Below, in pieces: positions 20,768 through 31,091 of a stretch of 64,000 nucleotides of DNA. Numbering within the stretch: the first letter of the stretch is position 1; each line of letters begins with the position of its first letter. This DNA comes from an uncultured delta proteobacterium (lineage in GTDB: Bacteria > Desulfobacterota > Binatia > DP-6): the NCBI GenBank assembly GCA_963815115.1, contig CAWFFN010000009.1, positions 576,001 to 640,000 on the forward strand, in the 5' to 3' direction. Under the pieces are notes generated by a model, which was not told the origin of the DNA, searched no databases, and saw only the letters and a list, made by a program, of their open reading frames with translations. The translations under genes were made by a program, and so were the position numbers.

Positions 20768-22200
20768 CAGCGGTAGAGCCCGCCATCGGTGAGCTCCAGA
20801 TCGTAGTAGTCGCGCCCGCACGGCCGCTCGCTCCACCATTCCGCCGCGATCCGCCACGGGCCGGCGACGGCGACCACGCGTCCGCCGAGCCCGTTCCCGC
20901 GCACGAAGCAGGGGACGTCGCGCTCCGAGAAGACCTCGAGCGGGCGTGGTGGGCGGAGCACGCGCACGACCAGGCGGCAGGGTGGGGGCGGTGATGCGGG
21001 CTCGAGAAGCGCCGTGGCCGGGGGCAGGAAGGCGCCGACGTCGGCAGCGCCCGGACGGTGGGTGTCGACGACCACGGGCGCGCCGATGCGGCCCGGTCCG
21101 CAGAGCGCACCCAGGCGGGCGAGGGTGGCGGCGAGCCGTTCGGGTGCGGGGCCAGGCGGCACGAAGAGCCCGAGCTGCGCGGCGCGGACGCGCTCGGGCA
21201 CGGCGGTGACCGCCACGGTCACGACGGCGGCACGCGGCGTCCGGCTCTCCAGCGCGACGCGCAGGCAGCCGAGGAGCGTCTTCGGGTCGCGCGTCGGAGC
21301 GGCGAGGTCGAGCGCGCGCACGTCGCGGCCGCGGTCGTCGAGCCCGAGGACCAGACCGATACGGGCGCAGCCGATGCCGTCGAGTCCGAGCCGCGCGATG
21401 GCACGCTCGACGAGCCCGCGCAGCACGAACAGCAACGGCTCCAGCGTGTCGAGGGCGTACTCGAGGGTCGCCGCCTCTTCCACCTCGGCGGGCGGTGGGG
21501 TCGAGGCGAGGGGGCGCGCGTCCTCGCCGCGTGCCGCGCGGGCGAGCGCGACGCCGTCGGGTCCGAGGCGGACCGCGACATCGGCGACGGGCAGGCGTGC
21601 GAGATCGCCGAGCCGATGCACGCCCCAGCGTGCGAGCGTGCCGGCGATGTCCGGCGGAGGTGCCAGGCAGGCGATCGGCAGCGGAGCGAGGAATCCCAGC
21701 TCGGTGCCGGCCGCCACCACCTCGCAGCCGTCTCCGTGCAGGGCGGCGAGCCGGGCGACGGTCATGCTCGGGCCGACGCCCACCCGCGCCTCGAGCCCGA
21801 CGCGTGCGGCACGCGCCACCAGCGCGCTCGCGAGCCCGCGCTCGCTGACGGTGAGGTGTACGGCACCCGTGGCATCGAGATAGACACTCCCGTCGTCGGA
21901 GCACTCGAGCCGGCTGGCGAGCGCCGCGGCGACGTCGGCGAGCGCACGACTCGCGGATGCCTCCGCGGCCAGGTCGCGCCGGCGCATCACGAGGTCGGCG
22001 TCGATGGCCCGCGCCTGGGCGGCGCTGTGCACTCCGGGTCGCACGCCGCGAGCACGCGCGGCGGCCGACGCCGCGGCGACGCGCGCGTGCGCGCCGTCAC
22101 CCTCGGTGAGGACGAGGGGCCGACCCACCAGCGCCGGGTCGGCGCGGCACGACGCGGCGACGGGCAGATCGGGAACGAGCAGGCAGGCGATGCGCGGCAT
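20716..22200 (-). CDS. imuB: ImuB, inactive Y-family polymerase mutasome subunit
   Basis: MPRIACLLVPDLP...AARARGVRPG...VYLDATG...QLGLF clamp motif...GPWRIAAEWW...RDYYD. Confidence 0.9.
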   Translation of the reverse strand: MPRIACLLVPDLPVAASCRADPALVGRPLVLTEGDGAHARVAAASAAARARGVRPGVHSAAQARAIDADLVMRRRDLAAEASASRALADVAAALASRLECSDDGSVYLDATGAVHLTVSERGLASALVARAARVGLEARVGVGPSMTVARLAALHGDGCEVVAAGTELGFLAPLPIACLAPPPDIAGTLARWGVHRLGDLARLPVADVAVRLGPDGVALARAARGEDARPLASTPPPAEVEEAATLEYALDTLEPLLFVLRGLVERAIARLGLDGIGCARIGLVLGLDDRGRDVRALDLAAPTRDPKTLLGCLRVALESRTPRAAVVTVAVTAVPERVRAAQLGLFVPPGPAPERLAATLARLGALCGPGRIGAPVVVDTHRPGAADVGAFLPPATALLEPASPPPPCRLVVRVLRPPRPLEVFSERDVPCFVRGNGLGGRVVAVAGPWRIAAEWWSERPCGRDYYDLELTDGGLYRCYREFATGSWFVDGMYD

Positions 22201-22334
22201 CAGGAGAGCGACCCGAGACTTCGTCTCGGGTCGAAGACGAAGGCGAGCATGTGACGTTCGGTGATCAGATGAACGCCGTGCCGCGGCCGGCAAAGCCGGC
22301 GCGGCATGGGTTCGCACTGTTCATCGAGTCTCAT
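22200..22334 (-). CDS. Putative 44-aa ORF coupled to both imuA and imuB
   Basis: ATG overlaps the imuA TGA (ATGA); its TGA overlaps the imuB ATG (TGATG). Confidence 0.3.
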   Translation of the reverse strand: MRLDEQCEPMPRRLCRPRHGVHLITERHMLAFVFDPRRSLGSLS

Positions 22335-22378
22335 TCTCGCTCTCCGTCCCGACCCGAGACGAAGTCCCGGGTCGCACT
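22205..22378. repeat. Inverted pair of ~25-bp palindromes (REP/MITE-like)
   Basis: CGACCCGAGAC-TTC-GTCTCGGGTCG (22209-22233) and CGACCCGAGAC-GAA-GTCCCGGGTCG (22350-22374). Confidence 0.75.
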
Positions 22379-23038
22379 CACCGCCAGGGCACGACCCACG
22401 CCGCCGCTGCGGCTGCGTGTGACCGCGAGGCGGGAGGTGATGCCGTCCAGCAGGACGAGTCGTCCGGGCCCGCGGCTCCAGTGAACCCGTCGCCCGAGGA
22501 TCTCGAGCCCGAGCGCCACGGAAGGCCCTGCCTGGGGAGTCGAGGTGAGGACGAGCAGCGTCGATCCCGTGCGTTCCGCGGCGCGCGCGAGTCGTATCCA
22601 CGAGACGGCGCGTCCGGGCGGCGCGACGGGGGCGTCCTGATCGAGCACGACCAGTCCGAAGCCGCCCGCGCCGAGAAGGATCTCGGTGGCGCGCAGCGTG
22701 TCGCCGGGGTTGCGTGGCCGCACCCACAGCGTTCGCGCGAGCGCCACCCCCGCGGCGTCCGCAGCGGAGGGGTCGAGGACGTCCTGGGGATCGACCCAGG
22801 CGATGGTCTCCGCCGCCTTCGTGGCGCTGGCGGCGATCCGGCAGGCGAGTGCCGTACGGCCGGCACTGCGGGCGCCGGCGAGCTCCGTCACGCGTCCGCG
22901 CGGGAGGCCACCAGCGAGCGCCCCGTCGAGCGCGGCAAGCCCGGTGGGGAGCCGTGGCGGAGCGGGAGCGGACGTTCCGAGGCGGACGGAGCCGGGTCGC
23001 CCCAGTCGATCCAGCAGGGCGGCAGCAGCTTCGGGCAC
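22331..23038 (-). CDS. imuA: ImuA, RecA-like mutasome protein
   Basis: LPTGLAALDGALAGGLPRGRVTELAG..SAGRT (degenerate Walker A), AWVDP, LWVRP and GLVVLD; upstream of imuB. Confidence 0.85.
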   Translation of the reverse strand: MPEAAAALLDRLGRPGSVRLGTSAPAPPRLPTGLAALDGALAGGLPRGRVTELAGARSAGRTALACRIAASATKAAETIAWVDPQDVLDPSAADAAGVALARTLWVRPRNPGDTLRATEILLGAGGFGLVVLDQDAPVAPPGRAVSWIRLARAAERTGSTLLVLTSTPQAGPSVALGLEILGRRVHWSRGPGRLVLLDGITSRLAVTRSRSGGVGRALAVSATRDFVSGRDGERE

Positions 23039-23047
23039 GGGACATGT

Positions 23048-23064
23048 TTCGTCTTTTCTTCGCC
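23048..23064. promoter_or_regulatory. Candidate SOS-type operator (TTCGTC-N5-TTCGCC) in the imuA promoter
   Basis: TTCGTCTTTTCTTCGCC between TTGACA (23074-23069, -) and GTG 23038. Confidence 0.55.
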
Positions 23065-23350
23065 CTCGTGTCAATGAGGAAATTCTGCCGAACCCGCACC
23101 GCGATCGGCGGAACCCGCACCTGGCCACGATCGGTCGAAGTGAGGGTGGGGGGCGCCCCGTCGATTACTCGACGGGGCGCCTCGGAGGGGCAGAGTCCAC
23201 CGCTGCTAGGAGCGGTGGAGGCGGGATGGGGTGGGGGGGCGAACCGCTCGGCCGCCGAACGGCTCCGAGCGATGAGAAAGACATTCCTGCAAACCGTCCT
23301 GACCGTCCGTACGACGACCATCCGGACGAAGCGCGGTAGATGTCGGGCAC

Positions 23351-23434
23351 TTATCTGCTGCCAGTCGCATGCGCCGCAAAGGCGATGACGCCGAGTGCGA
23401 TGATGATGTGGAGCAGGACGTGATCCACTGCCAT
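23351..23434 (-). CDS. 27-aa hydrophobic small protein
   Basis: MAVDHVLLHIIIALGVIAFAAHATGSR*; GGAGGG SD 9 nt upstream. Confidence 0.5.
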   Translation of the reverse strand: MAVDHVLLHIIIALGVIAFAAHATGSR

Positions 23435-23771
23435 GTTGTCGTGCCCTCCGATCTCAGGGTCGAAACCCCGCTCTCGATAGCAGCCACCATGCCACTCGGC
23501 TCTGCCCATCCAGACGCGCGGTTCGTTGGCCTCGTGTCGCATACGCCTGACAGGTGCCAAACGGTTTCCGAGGCACCTGCGGTTCCCCCCTCCCCCCGGC
23601 TTCGGCTACACTCGCCGATGGCGGCGCCCCGGGGTCTGGCGCCGCGCGAGGAAGGTGGCTCGTCACGCTTGAGGCGCTACAGATCGTCCCGTGGTTTGCC
23701 GTCTCTCCGGCCGGACGCCGCATCGCGCGCGCTTCGGTGCCGGGGGTCCAGCCGGGACCGTGTCTGGCTTC

Positions 23772-26336
23772 ATGAGAGCGAGACGGACTGCGGCCGTGCT
23801 CATCGCGCTCGGCGTGCTGGGGTGGGGCGCGCTCGCCCGTGCTGGGACCGGGCATGACGCTCGAAGCTGCTACCGATTCTCGGATTCGGTCCCTCCACTC
23901 GCTCCTGATGCCCCGGCATTCGCCTTCATCGACCTGGCGCAGAGCGGCGGGACGGCTCTCGCGCTCGACGACGAGGAGGAGCACCTTCAGGCGCTCCCGC
24001 TCGGGTTCACGTTCCAGTTCTACGGACGGCCCTACACCGCCGCGTCCGTGTCCCCGAACGGCTTCGTGACCTTCCTCTCCGATGCCGACAGCGGCTGCTG
24101 CGGGCAGCGCCTGCCCGACGGCACGGCGCCGAACGGCCTCGTCGCCGGGCTCTGGAAGGACCTCGACCCGAGCCTGTCGGCGCCCCCGGGCGGGGTCTAC
24201 TACCAGACGCGCGGAACGGCACCGAACCGGCAGTTCGTGGTCGACTTCAAGGATGTTCCCGAGCACCTCGATCCCTCGGTCTCGAACACGTTCGAGATCA
24301 TCCTGTTCGAGACCAGCAACGAGATCGTGGTCCAGTACGCGGACGGGAGGAGCCCCAACAAGCCAGCGACCGCCGGTCTCGAGGACGAAGTCGGCATGGG
24401 TGGCCTGACGTGGCGATTCGGTACCTTCTCGGTCGCCAACGCGGCGGTACGCTACATGCCGCTGGCGCTGGACACGGACGGAGACGGCGTCCTCGACTGC
24501 GTCGACAACTGCCGGCGCGTGCCCAATGCCGACCAGCGTGACGGCGACGGCGACGGCACCGGCGACGCGTGCGACGTGGACGGTCCGCCGTTCCCGGTCA
24601 GCGTCGACCCGGTGGATGCGACCGCGGCGCCGTCGGCCGGAAGCGATGCGGTCGGCGGTGCGGTGGTGGTGTGGGACGGCGCTTCGGCCCTCGACGATCA
24701 CGGGATCGTGGCTCGGCGCTACGATCGCCAGGCGGCCGCCGTCGGTCCACCGTTCCAGGTGAACACGACCGTGCCCGGCACGCAGCGCGCGCCTCGGGTC
24801 GCCTCCAGGCCGGCCGGAGGGTTCACCGTGGCCTGGAGCAGCCTCGAGCCAGGTCCCACGGTTCGCCTGCGCGGCTTCGACGTCACCGCGGCGGAGGGTA
24901 ACGACGTCGTGATCTCCTCGCCCCCGGCCGAGGCTCCGGCACTCGCGCCAGCTCCCGACGGCTCCGTGGTGGTCGTGTGGGACGCGGAAGACGTGATCTC
25001 CGGTCGCCGCTTCGCCAGCGCGGGAAACCCGCTGAGCGACCTCTTCTTCGCCAGCCAGGCGACCAAGAACGAGCTGCCCGACGTGGCTCTGGGGCCCGAC
25101 GGCGAGGGCTTCGTGGCCTGGCGAGGTGTGCGAGGGGGGACGCTTCCGACCAGCTACGTCCTCGCGCGCTGGGTCGCCGGCGTCCCGATCGACTCGATCG
25201 ACTCGGAGCTGGACGTGGACCCCGTCGTGTTCGACGTGCAGCGCGGCCCGCGGGTGGCCGCGACCGGCGGCAGCGGATTCGTCGTGACCTGGGCCGGGTA
25301 CGACGAGGTCGACGACCAGTCGGTGTCGCGCATCTTCGGCGCCCTGTACCAGGGGGTGACCAGCCGGGGGTTCCAGCTCGACACCCCGCTGGCCAGCCAG
25401 GTGCTCGATCCGGCGGTGGCCGCCGACACGGATGGCAACTTCGTGCTGGTCTGGGAGCAGGACGGTCACATCCGTGGTCAGCGGTTCTGGAGCGATGGGC
25501 GCCTTCAGGGTCCCTCGTTTCCGGTGAGCGACACCGCGGCGGCGGGCGTCGAGGATGCTGCGCCGGCGGTGAGCGTCGCCGGGACCGGCGACGTGGTGGT
25601 CGCGTGGCGGCAGTCCCGGGCGGCCGGCGGCAGCGCGGTGCTCGCGCGGCAGGTCCGGTGGTGTGGCAACGGCAACCTCGATCCGGGCGAGGAGTGCGAC
25701 GATGGCAACGGCAACGGTGGGGACTGCTGCTCGGCGGGTTGCCGCCTCGAGCCCGACGGTCAGCCGTGCAGCGGTGGGAACGCCTGCACGACGTCGCAGA
25801 CCTGCTCTGGCGGCGTCTGTGGTGGCGGAGCGGCCGTGACCTGCGACGACGGGGATCCGTGCACGGCCGATGCCTGTGATCCAGCCGCTGGCTGTGTCTT
25901 TGCTGCCGCGGGTGCCGACGGGGTGGCGTGCGACGACGGGGATGCCTGCACGGAGAGCGATGCCTGCGGCGCCGGAGCATGCAGCGGCAAGCGGGTGTGC
26001 GGTGTCGATCCCGCCTCGGAGGCCCGGGTCAATCGCCAGGGTCGGGTCCGGGTCAAGTGTCTGGGCGCCAAGGGAGCCACGTGCGCCGTCAATCTCCTCT
26101 GGGGCTCCGGCGAGATCAGCCACCCCCGGCCCGCCCGCAAGATCAAGCGCGCCGGTTTCGCGATGCTATGGCTGAAGCTCACCCGCGACGGCCGGACGGG
26201 GCTCCGTGCCGCCCCCGGGCGCCGCCTCGGGGTGCTGGCCCAGGCGACGGTGATCCAGCCCGGTGAGCGGGCCCGGGTCTCGACGGTGCCGCTGACGCTT
26301 CATCGTGGCTCGCCGTCCTCCACCGGTGGCAGGTAA
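23772..26336 (+). CDS. Large secreted Cys-rich protein (thrombospondin type-3, myxobacterial Cys-rich and CDDG..CT repeats)
   Basis: Signal peptide; [30 protein letters not shown]; [16 protein letters not shown]; [12 protein letters not shown]. Confidence 0.85.
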   Translation: MRARRTAAVLIALGVLGWGALARAGTGHDARSCYRFSDSVPPLAPDAPAFAFIDLAQSGGTALALDDEEEHLQALPLGFTFQFYGRPYTAASVSPNGFVTFLSDADSGCCGQRLPDGTAPNGLVAGLWKDLDPSLSAPPGGVYYQTRGTAPNRQFVVDFKDVPEHLDPSVSNTFEIILFETSNEIVVQYADGRSPNKPATAGLEDEVGMGGLTWRFGTFSVANAAVRYMPLALDTDGDGVLDCVDNCRRVPNADQRDGDGDGTGDACDVDGPPFPVSVDPVDATAAPSAGSDAVGGAVVVWDGASALDDHGIVARRYDRQAAAVGPPFQVNTTVPGTQRAPRVASRPAGGFTVAWSSLEPGPTVRLRGFDVTAAEGNDVVISSPPAEAPALAPAPDGSVVVVWDAEDVISGRRFASAGNPLSDLFFASQATKNELPDVALGPDGEGFVAWRGVRGGTLPTSYVLARWVAGVPIDSIDSELDVDPVVFDVQRGPRVAATGGSGFVVTWAGYDEVDDQSVSRIFGALYQGVTSRGFQLDTPLASQVLDPAVAADTDGNFVLVWEQDGHIRGQRFWSDGRLQGPSFPVSDTAAAGVEDAAPAVSVAGTGDVVVAWRQSRAAGGSAVLARQVRWCGNGNLDPGEECDDGNGNGGDCCSAGCRLEPDGQPCSGGNACTTSQTCSGGVCGGGAAVTCDDGDPCTADACDPAAGCVFAAAGADGVACDDGDACTESDACGAGACSGKRVCGVDPASEARVNRQGRVRVKCLGAKGATCAVNLLWGSGEISHPRPARKIKRAGFAMLWLKLTRDGRTGLRAAPGRRLGVLAQATVIQPGERARVSTVPLTLHRGSPSSTGGR

Positions 26337-26371
26337 GATACCCTGCACGACGTGAGTTCCACGCTGAACGA

Positions 26372-29185
26372 ATGATGCGCGCTGTCATCACGCTGCTCCT
26401 CGTAGGATCGCTCGCCGGGGCGGCCGTGGCCGCGACCGGCCGCGACCTGCGCGGATGCTATAGCTTCTCGGATACGTTTGCGCCGTTCGCGAACGACGCG
26501 CCGGTCATCGACTTCGTGGACATCTCGACCACGGGGACACGGCTCACGCTGAGCGACGACCAGGTGAGCGCGCCCATCCCGATCGGCTTCCCGTTCGAGT
26601 TCTTCGGGCGGGGGCAGTCCCAGGTGTCGGTGTCGGCCAACGGCTTCCTCACCTTCGCCGATGTGCCGCCACCCAGCAGCGGCTGCCTCTGCCAGCCCCG
26701 GAGCCTCCCCGATGCGCGCGTGCCGAACGGCCTGGTCGCCGGCCTGTGGAAGGACCTGAACCCGGGCCTCAGCGGCTCGGTCCTCTACCAGACGGTCGGC
26801 ACCGCGCCGAATCGGCGTTTCATCGTCGAGTTCAGCGTCGTCCCGGATTTCCTCAACCCCGCCGTGCTCAGCACGTTCGAGATCATCCTGTCCGAGACCA
26901 GTAACGACATCCTGGTCCAGTATCCGCAGGGGATAGCGGACCCGACCGCCGCCGAGGGGCTGGAAGACACGAGTGGGAGCTTCGGCCTTGCCTGGCCGCC
27001 CGCGAGCTTCGCGTCGGGACCTGCGGCCGTCAGGTACGCCGCGGTGCTCACCGACACCGATCAGGACGGCGTCGTCGACTGCATCGACAACTGCCGCCTC
27101 GAGCCCAACCCCGACCAGAGCGACGACGACGGTGACGGAACGGGCGATGTCTGCGACCTCGACGGCCCGGCCTTCACGGTCAGCCCGGGCGTCGACGGTA
27201 GCGCACCCGACGTCGCGTTCGACACGGCGGGTAACTCGGTCGTGGTCTGGGACGGCCCCATCGACGGCGACGACGTCGGCGTCGCGGCCCGCTGGTTCGA
27301 CCCTCAGGCTGCCCCGCTCGGCACCATCTTCCAGGTCAACACCAGAACCGACCGCGATCAGACCGGGCCCCGTGTGGCCACGAACCCCGCCGGCGGCTTC
27401 GTCGTGGCGTGGGGCAGCACCGATGCCGGCAAGAACCTCTCGAGCGTCCGGCTGCAGCTCTTCGCTCCCGGTGGCACGGCCCTCGGCCCCGAGCTGTTGG
27501 CTGGCGAGAGCACGTTCGCGGCCACGTTCCCCGCGCTCGCCGTGGCTCCGGATTCGTCGATCGCCGTCGCCTGGGGCGCGCGCGTGGAGGTGCCGCGGCG
27601 TTATCCCGTGGTTCTCCAGCGCTACGACGCCGCGGGCCAGGTGCTGGGACCGCCGCTCACGCCCAGCCAGGTGGACGACTTCGGCAACGACGAGCCCGAC
27701 GTCGCCTTCGGCCCGGCGAGAGACTTCCTGGTCGTCTGGCGCGGTGACGACGGCAACGAGCTGTCGATCCAGGCGCGGCGCTACGACGCAGGCGGCAACG
27801 TGATCGGCCCGCCCGTTCTCGTGTCCCCGCTCGACCTCGGCAACGGGCTCCCGCGCGGGCCGCGGCTGGCGGCGAGCGGCAGCAGCTTCGTCGCGACCTG
27901 GTCGGGTCAGGGCCGGCGCGGGACCGGTACCGGGAAACCCCGGGTGTTCCTGCAGCGCATCATCTCCGGCGTCCCCACGCTGCCCGACGACTTCGCGCTC
28001 GAGACGCCGCTCGCCAGCACCGTCACGGATCCCGACATCGCCGACGCCGGCTCGGGCACGCTGCTCGTCGTCTGGGAGCAGGACGGCCGGATACTCGCGC
28101 AACGCGTCACCGCCGACGGCCGCGCCCTGCAGCCGTCCTTTGCCATCAGCAGCTCCGGCGATGCCACCGCCGAGCACGCAGCCCCGGCCGTCGCGGCCAC
28201 ACCGGAGGGTGACGCGGTCGTGGTCTGGCGCGACACGCATACCGTCTTCGACGGGCCGAAGCCCGGACCGGCGACCGACATCAGGGCCCGCGCGCTGCGC
28301 CTGTGCGGCAACGGCAACGTCGATCCGGGAGAACAGTGCGACGACGGCAACCGCGATGCGGGCGATTGCTGCTCGCCGTCCTGCCAGTTCGAGCCCACCG
28401 GGCAGGCGTGCGACGATGGCCGCTTCTGCTCCGTCGGCAGCGTGTGCGACCAGGGTACCTGCGCCGGCGGCGTGCCGCGCGACTGCAGCGATGGGAACGC
28501 GTGCACGGCCGACCGGTGCGACGAATCGACGGCGCAATGCGTGAACGACGGGTCGCTGCTGAACGGCCGATCATGCGACGACGGCAACGCGTGCACGAGC
28601 CAGGACGCGTGCAGCGCGGGGAGCTGTCTGGGCACGGCGGTCACCTGCGACGACGGCAATCCCTGCACCACGGATGCGTGCGATCGGGTCGCGGGGTGCA
28701 CGTCGGCGTTCGCCGATGGAGCCGCATGCGACGACGGCGATCAGTGCACGGACGCCGACGCGTGTCGGCAGGGCGCGTGTGCCGGAACACGCGTCTGCGG
28801 CGCCGACGTGCCCGGAGTGACGGGAGCGGGCGGGGGCGTGCTCACGGTGACCCGCAAGGGCGTCGTCAAGGTCTCGTGCCTCGGCCCGCAGCAGGCGAAG
28901 TGCCGGGGGATACTGCTCGCGACCGACGCGCTGGCCGGCGTGAGCGGCAGCAAGCCGGTCGCCGGCGGCCCGCTCTCCAAGGCGCGGCAGGCGCGCATCG
29001 GCCGCCGCGGCGCGACCGTCCTGAAGCTCAAGCTCACCCGCGCGGGCCGCTCGGCGCTCGCCGCGTCGCCTGTCGGTCGGCTCCCGGTGCTGGTGGACAC
29101 GACGGTGATCGATCGCGGCGGTGGCACTCGCGAGGCGACGGTCCAGGCGGTGCTCGTGGGTGCCCCGAAGCGTGGCGGCCGCTAG
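26372..29185 (+). CDS. Large secreted Cys-rich protein, tandem paralog of 23772..26336
   Basis: Same domain order with extra CDDG..CT repeats. Confidence 0.85.
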   Translation: MMRAVITLLLVGSLAGAAVAATGRDLRGCYSFSDTFAPFANDAPVIDFVDISTTGTRLTLSDDQVSAPIPIGFPFEFFGRGQSQVSVSANGFLTFADVPPPSSGCLCQPRSLPDARVPNGLVAGLWKDLNPGLSGSVLYQTVGTAPNRRFIVEFSVVPDFLNPAVLSTFEIILSETSNDILVQYPQGIADPTAAEGLEDTSGSFGLAWPPASFASGPAAVRYAAVLTDTDQDGVVDCIDNCRLEPNPDQSDDDGDGTGDVCDLDGPAFTVSPGVDGSAPDVAFDTAGNSVVVWDGPIDGDDVGVAARWFDPQAAPLGTIFQVNTRTDRDQTGPRVATNPAGGFVVAWGSTDAGKNLSSVRLQLFAPGGTALGPELLAGESTFAATFPALAVAPDSSIAVAWGARVEVPRRYPVVLQRYDAAGQVLGPPLTPSQVDDFGNDEPDVAFGPARDFLVVWRGDDGNELSIQARRYDAGGNVIGPPVLVSPLDLGNGLPRGPRLAASGSSFVATWSGQGRRGTGTGKPRVFLQRIISGVPTLPDDFALETPLASTVTDPDIADAGSGTLLVVWEQDGRILAQRVTADGRALQPSFAISSSGDATAEHAAPAVAATPEGDAVVVWRDTHTVFDGPKPGPATDIRARALRLCGNGNVDPGEQCDDGNRDAGDCCSPSCQFEPTGQACDDGRFCSVGSVCDQGTCAGGVPRDCSDGNACTADRCDESTAQCVNDGSLLNGRSCDDGNACTSQDACSAGSCLGTAVTCDDGNPCTTDACDRVAGCTSAFADGAACDDGDQCTDADACRQGACAGTRVCGADVPGVTGAGGGVLTVTRKGVVKVSCLGPQQAKCRGILLATDALAGVSGSKPVAGGPLSKARQARIGRRGATVLKLKLTRAGRSALAASPVGRLPVLVDTTVIDRGGGTREATVQAVLVGAPKRGGR

Positions 29186-29218
29186 GAATCGGCCCGAGAA
29201 TCCGTCTCGGGCGCTCGC

Positions 29219-29404
29219 CTAACGTCCGGCGAGCTTCTTCAGCTCGAAGTCGAACAGCTCGAGCGTGCCGCCGTCGTCGAGCATCACGCCGTACTTGCAG
29301 GCACCGTTCGAGGCGACGAGCCGTTCGGTGACGACGCGTCCGTGACGCCCGTCCGGTACGGTCACGACGTCGCCCACCGCGATGCGGCCTGCCGGGGGCT
29401 CCAC
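29219..29404 (-). CDS. Small beta-barrel (SH3/KOW-like) hypothetical protein
   Basis: IAVGDVVTVPDGRHGRVV; SD-like GGGAG upstream. Confidence 0.55.
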   Translation of the reverse strand: MEPPAGRIAVGDVVTVPDGRHGRVVTERLVASNGACKYGVMLDDGGTLELFDFELKKLAGR

Positions 29405-29424
29405 GATCTACTCCCGCGCCGGCT

Positions 29425-30258
29425 TCAGGATGCGACCTCCGCCGCCGCGCCCGTCAGCACGGCCTCGCCGCGCTCGGTCTTGGCGGTGAGGACGATCTTG
29501 CCGGGCTCCACCTGCCACATGTCGGTGGTGATGGTCTCGCCGGGGAAGACCACGCCCGAGAAGCGTACCTCGAAGGACCTGAGGCGCTCCGGATCGTCGT
29601 CGCACCATGCCGAGAGGACCGCGCGGCCGGCGTACCCGTACGTGCACAGCCCGTGCAGGATGGGCCGGTCGAAGCCACCCATGGCGGCGAACTGGGGATC
29701 GGCATGCAGCGGGTTCATGTCGCCCGACAGGCGGTACAACAGGGCCTGCTGGGGCAGCGTCTTGTAGGCGATCGACTTGTCCGGCTTGCGATCGGGCGGG
29801 ACGTTCTTCGCTCCGCTCGGCCCGCGATCGCCGCCGAACCCGCCCTCGCCGCGCACGAAGATCGACGAGGTGGCGCGGAAGAGCAGCCTGCCCTTCTCGT
29901 CCACCGACTCGGTCCCGACGACCACGACGGCGCCCTTGACCTTGTCGTAGACCGCCTTGATGCTCGGCGTGGTGACCACGGTGCCCTCGGTGGGAATCGG
30001 GCCGGGCACCTCGATGGCCTGCTCGCCGTGCAGCACCATCGCGGGATTCACCTGCATGGCGCCTCCCAGGTTGAGCATCGCGGGGAACGACGGAATGACG
30101 GCGAACGTGGGCAGGACCTTCAGGTCACGCTCGTAGGTGAACCGGAGCTCGTCGGTGCCGCAGCCCACGCCGAGGGCGTAGAGCATGACATCGCGCTGGG
30201 TGTAGCTGTGCGTGACGGAGCCGAGCTTCTTGCCGACGGCGCTGAGATCGATGGGCAT
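29425..30258 (-). CDS. MaoC-type (double hot-dog) enoyl-CoA hydratase 2
   Basis: DVMLYALGVG, VLHGEQ and YRLSGDMNPLHADP..A..GGFDRPILHGLCTYG. Confidence 0.92.
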   Translation of the reverse strand: MPIDLSAVGKKLGSVTHSYTQRDVMLYALGVGCGTDELRFTYERDLKVLPTFAVIPSFPAMLNLGGAMQVNPAMVLHGEQAIEVPGPIPTEGTVVTTPSIKAVYDKVKGAVVVVGTESVDEKGRLLFRATSSIFVRGEGGFGGDRGPSGAKNVPPDRKPDKSIAYKTLPQQALLYRLSGDMNPLHADPQFAAMGGFDRPILHGLCTYGYAGRAVLSAWCDDDPERLRSFEVRFSGVVFPGETITTDMWQVEPGKIVLTAKTERGEAVLTGAAAEVAS

Positions 30259-30319
30259 CGCGGTCCTCCTCGAAGGGCGCGAAGGTCACCCCATTTGACG
30301 GCTCAGGTCAAGGGGACCT

Positions 30320-31087
30320 ATGGGGACCGACGTGTCGATCGAGCTGCGCGGGAAGAGCGTCGTCGTGACCGGCGCCTCGAGCGGAATCGGCGTTGCGACG
30401 GCGCGAGCGTTCGGTGCGGCGGGTGCGCGCGTCGTGCTCGCCGCACGACGCGCCGACCGGCTGCGCGCGCTGGCGGAAGAGCTCGGCGCCTCCGGAGTCG
30501 AGGCGGCGGTGGTGGCCACCGACATGCGCGTCGAGGAGCAGGTCCTCGCGCTGTTCGCGCATGCCCGCGAGCGCTTCGGCGGCGTCGACGTCCTGGTCAA
30601 CAACGCCGGGCTGGGCCGCGGAGCGCCGCTGTCCTCGGGATCGACCGCGCAGTGGCGCGAGATGCTCGAGGTGAACGTGCTGGGGCTCTCCATCGCGACG
30701 CGCGAAGCCGTGCGCGACATGGAGCGCCGCGGCGCCGCCGGGCACGTCGTGCACCTGTCCTCGATGGCCGGGCACCGCATCCCGGGCGCCGGATCTGCCA
30801 TGTACGCGGCCACGAAGTTCGCGGTGCGTGCGCTCACCGAAGGACTCCGCCGCGAGCTGCGCGAGCGGCAGAGCCCGATCCGCGTGAGCTGCGTGTCGCC
30901 CGGCTACGTCGACACCGAGTTCGCGGCGGTCTTCTCGGGCTCGGCGGACGCGCCCGCCGAGCTCACCCGCCGGCTGAAGGTGCTGGAGCCGGATGACGTC
31001 GCCGCGACGATCCTGTGGCTGGTCGAGCGTCCGGCGCACGTCGAGGTGCACGACGTGCTCGTGCGTCCGACGGCGCAGAAGAACTGA
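30320..31087 (+). CDS. Short-chain dehydrogenase/reductase
   Basis: TGASSGIG, NNAG and YAATK motifs; the true start may be GTG 30332. Confidence 0.92.
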   Translation: MGTDVSIELRGKSVVVTGASSGIGVATARAFGAAGARVVLAARRADRLRALAEELGASGVEAAVVATDMRVEEQVLALFAHARERFGGVDVLVNNAGLGRGAPLSSGSTAQWREMLEVNVLGLSIATREAVRDMERRGAAGHVVHLSSMAGHRIPGAGSAMYAATKFAVRALTEGLRRELRERQSPIRVSCVSPGYVDTEFAAVFSGSADAPAELTRRLKVLEPDDVAATILWLVERPAHVEVHDVLVRPTAQKN

Positions 31088-31091
31088 GCGC

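Noticed and set aside
23280-23350. GCAAACC-containing segment as a c-di-GMP riboswitch
   Set aside because: Lacks the GAAA tetraloop/receptor and second stem of the consensus
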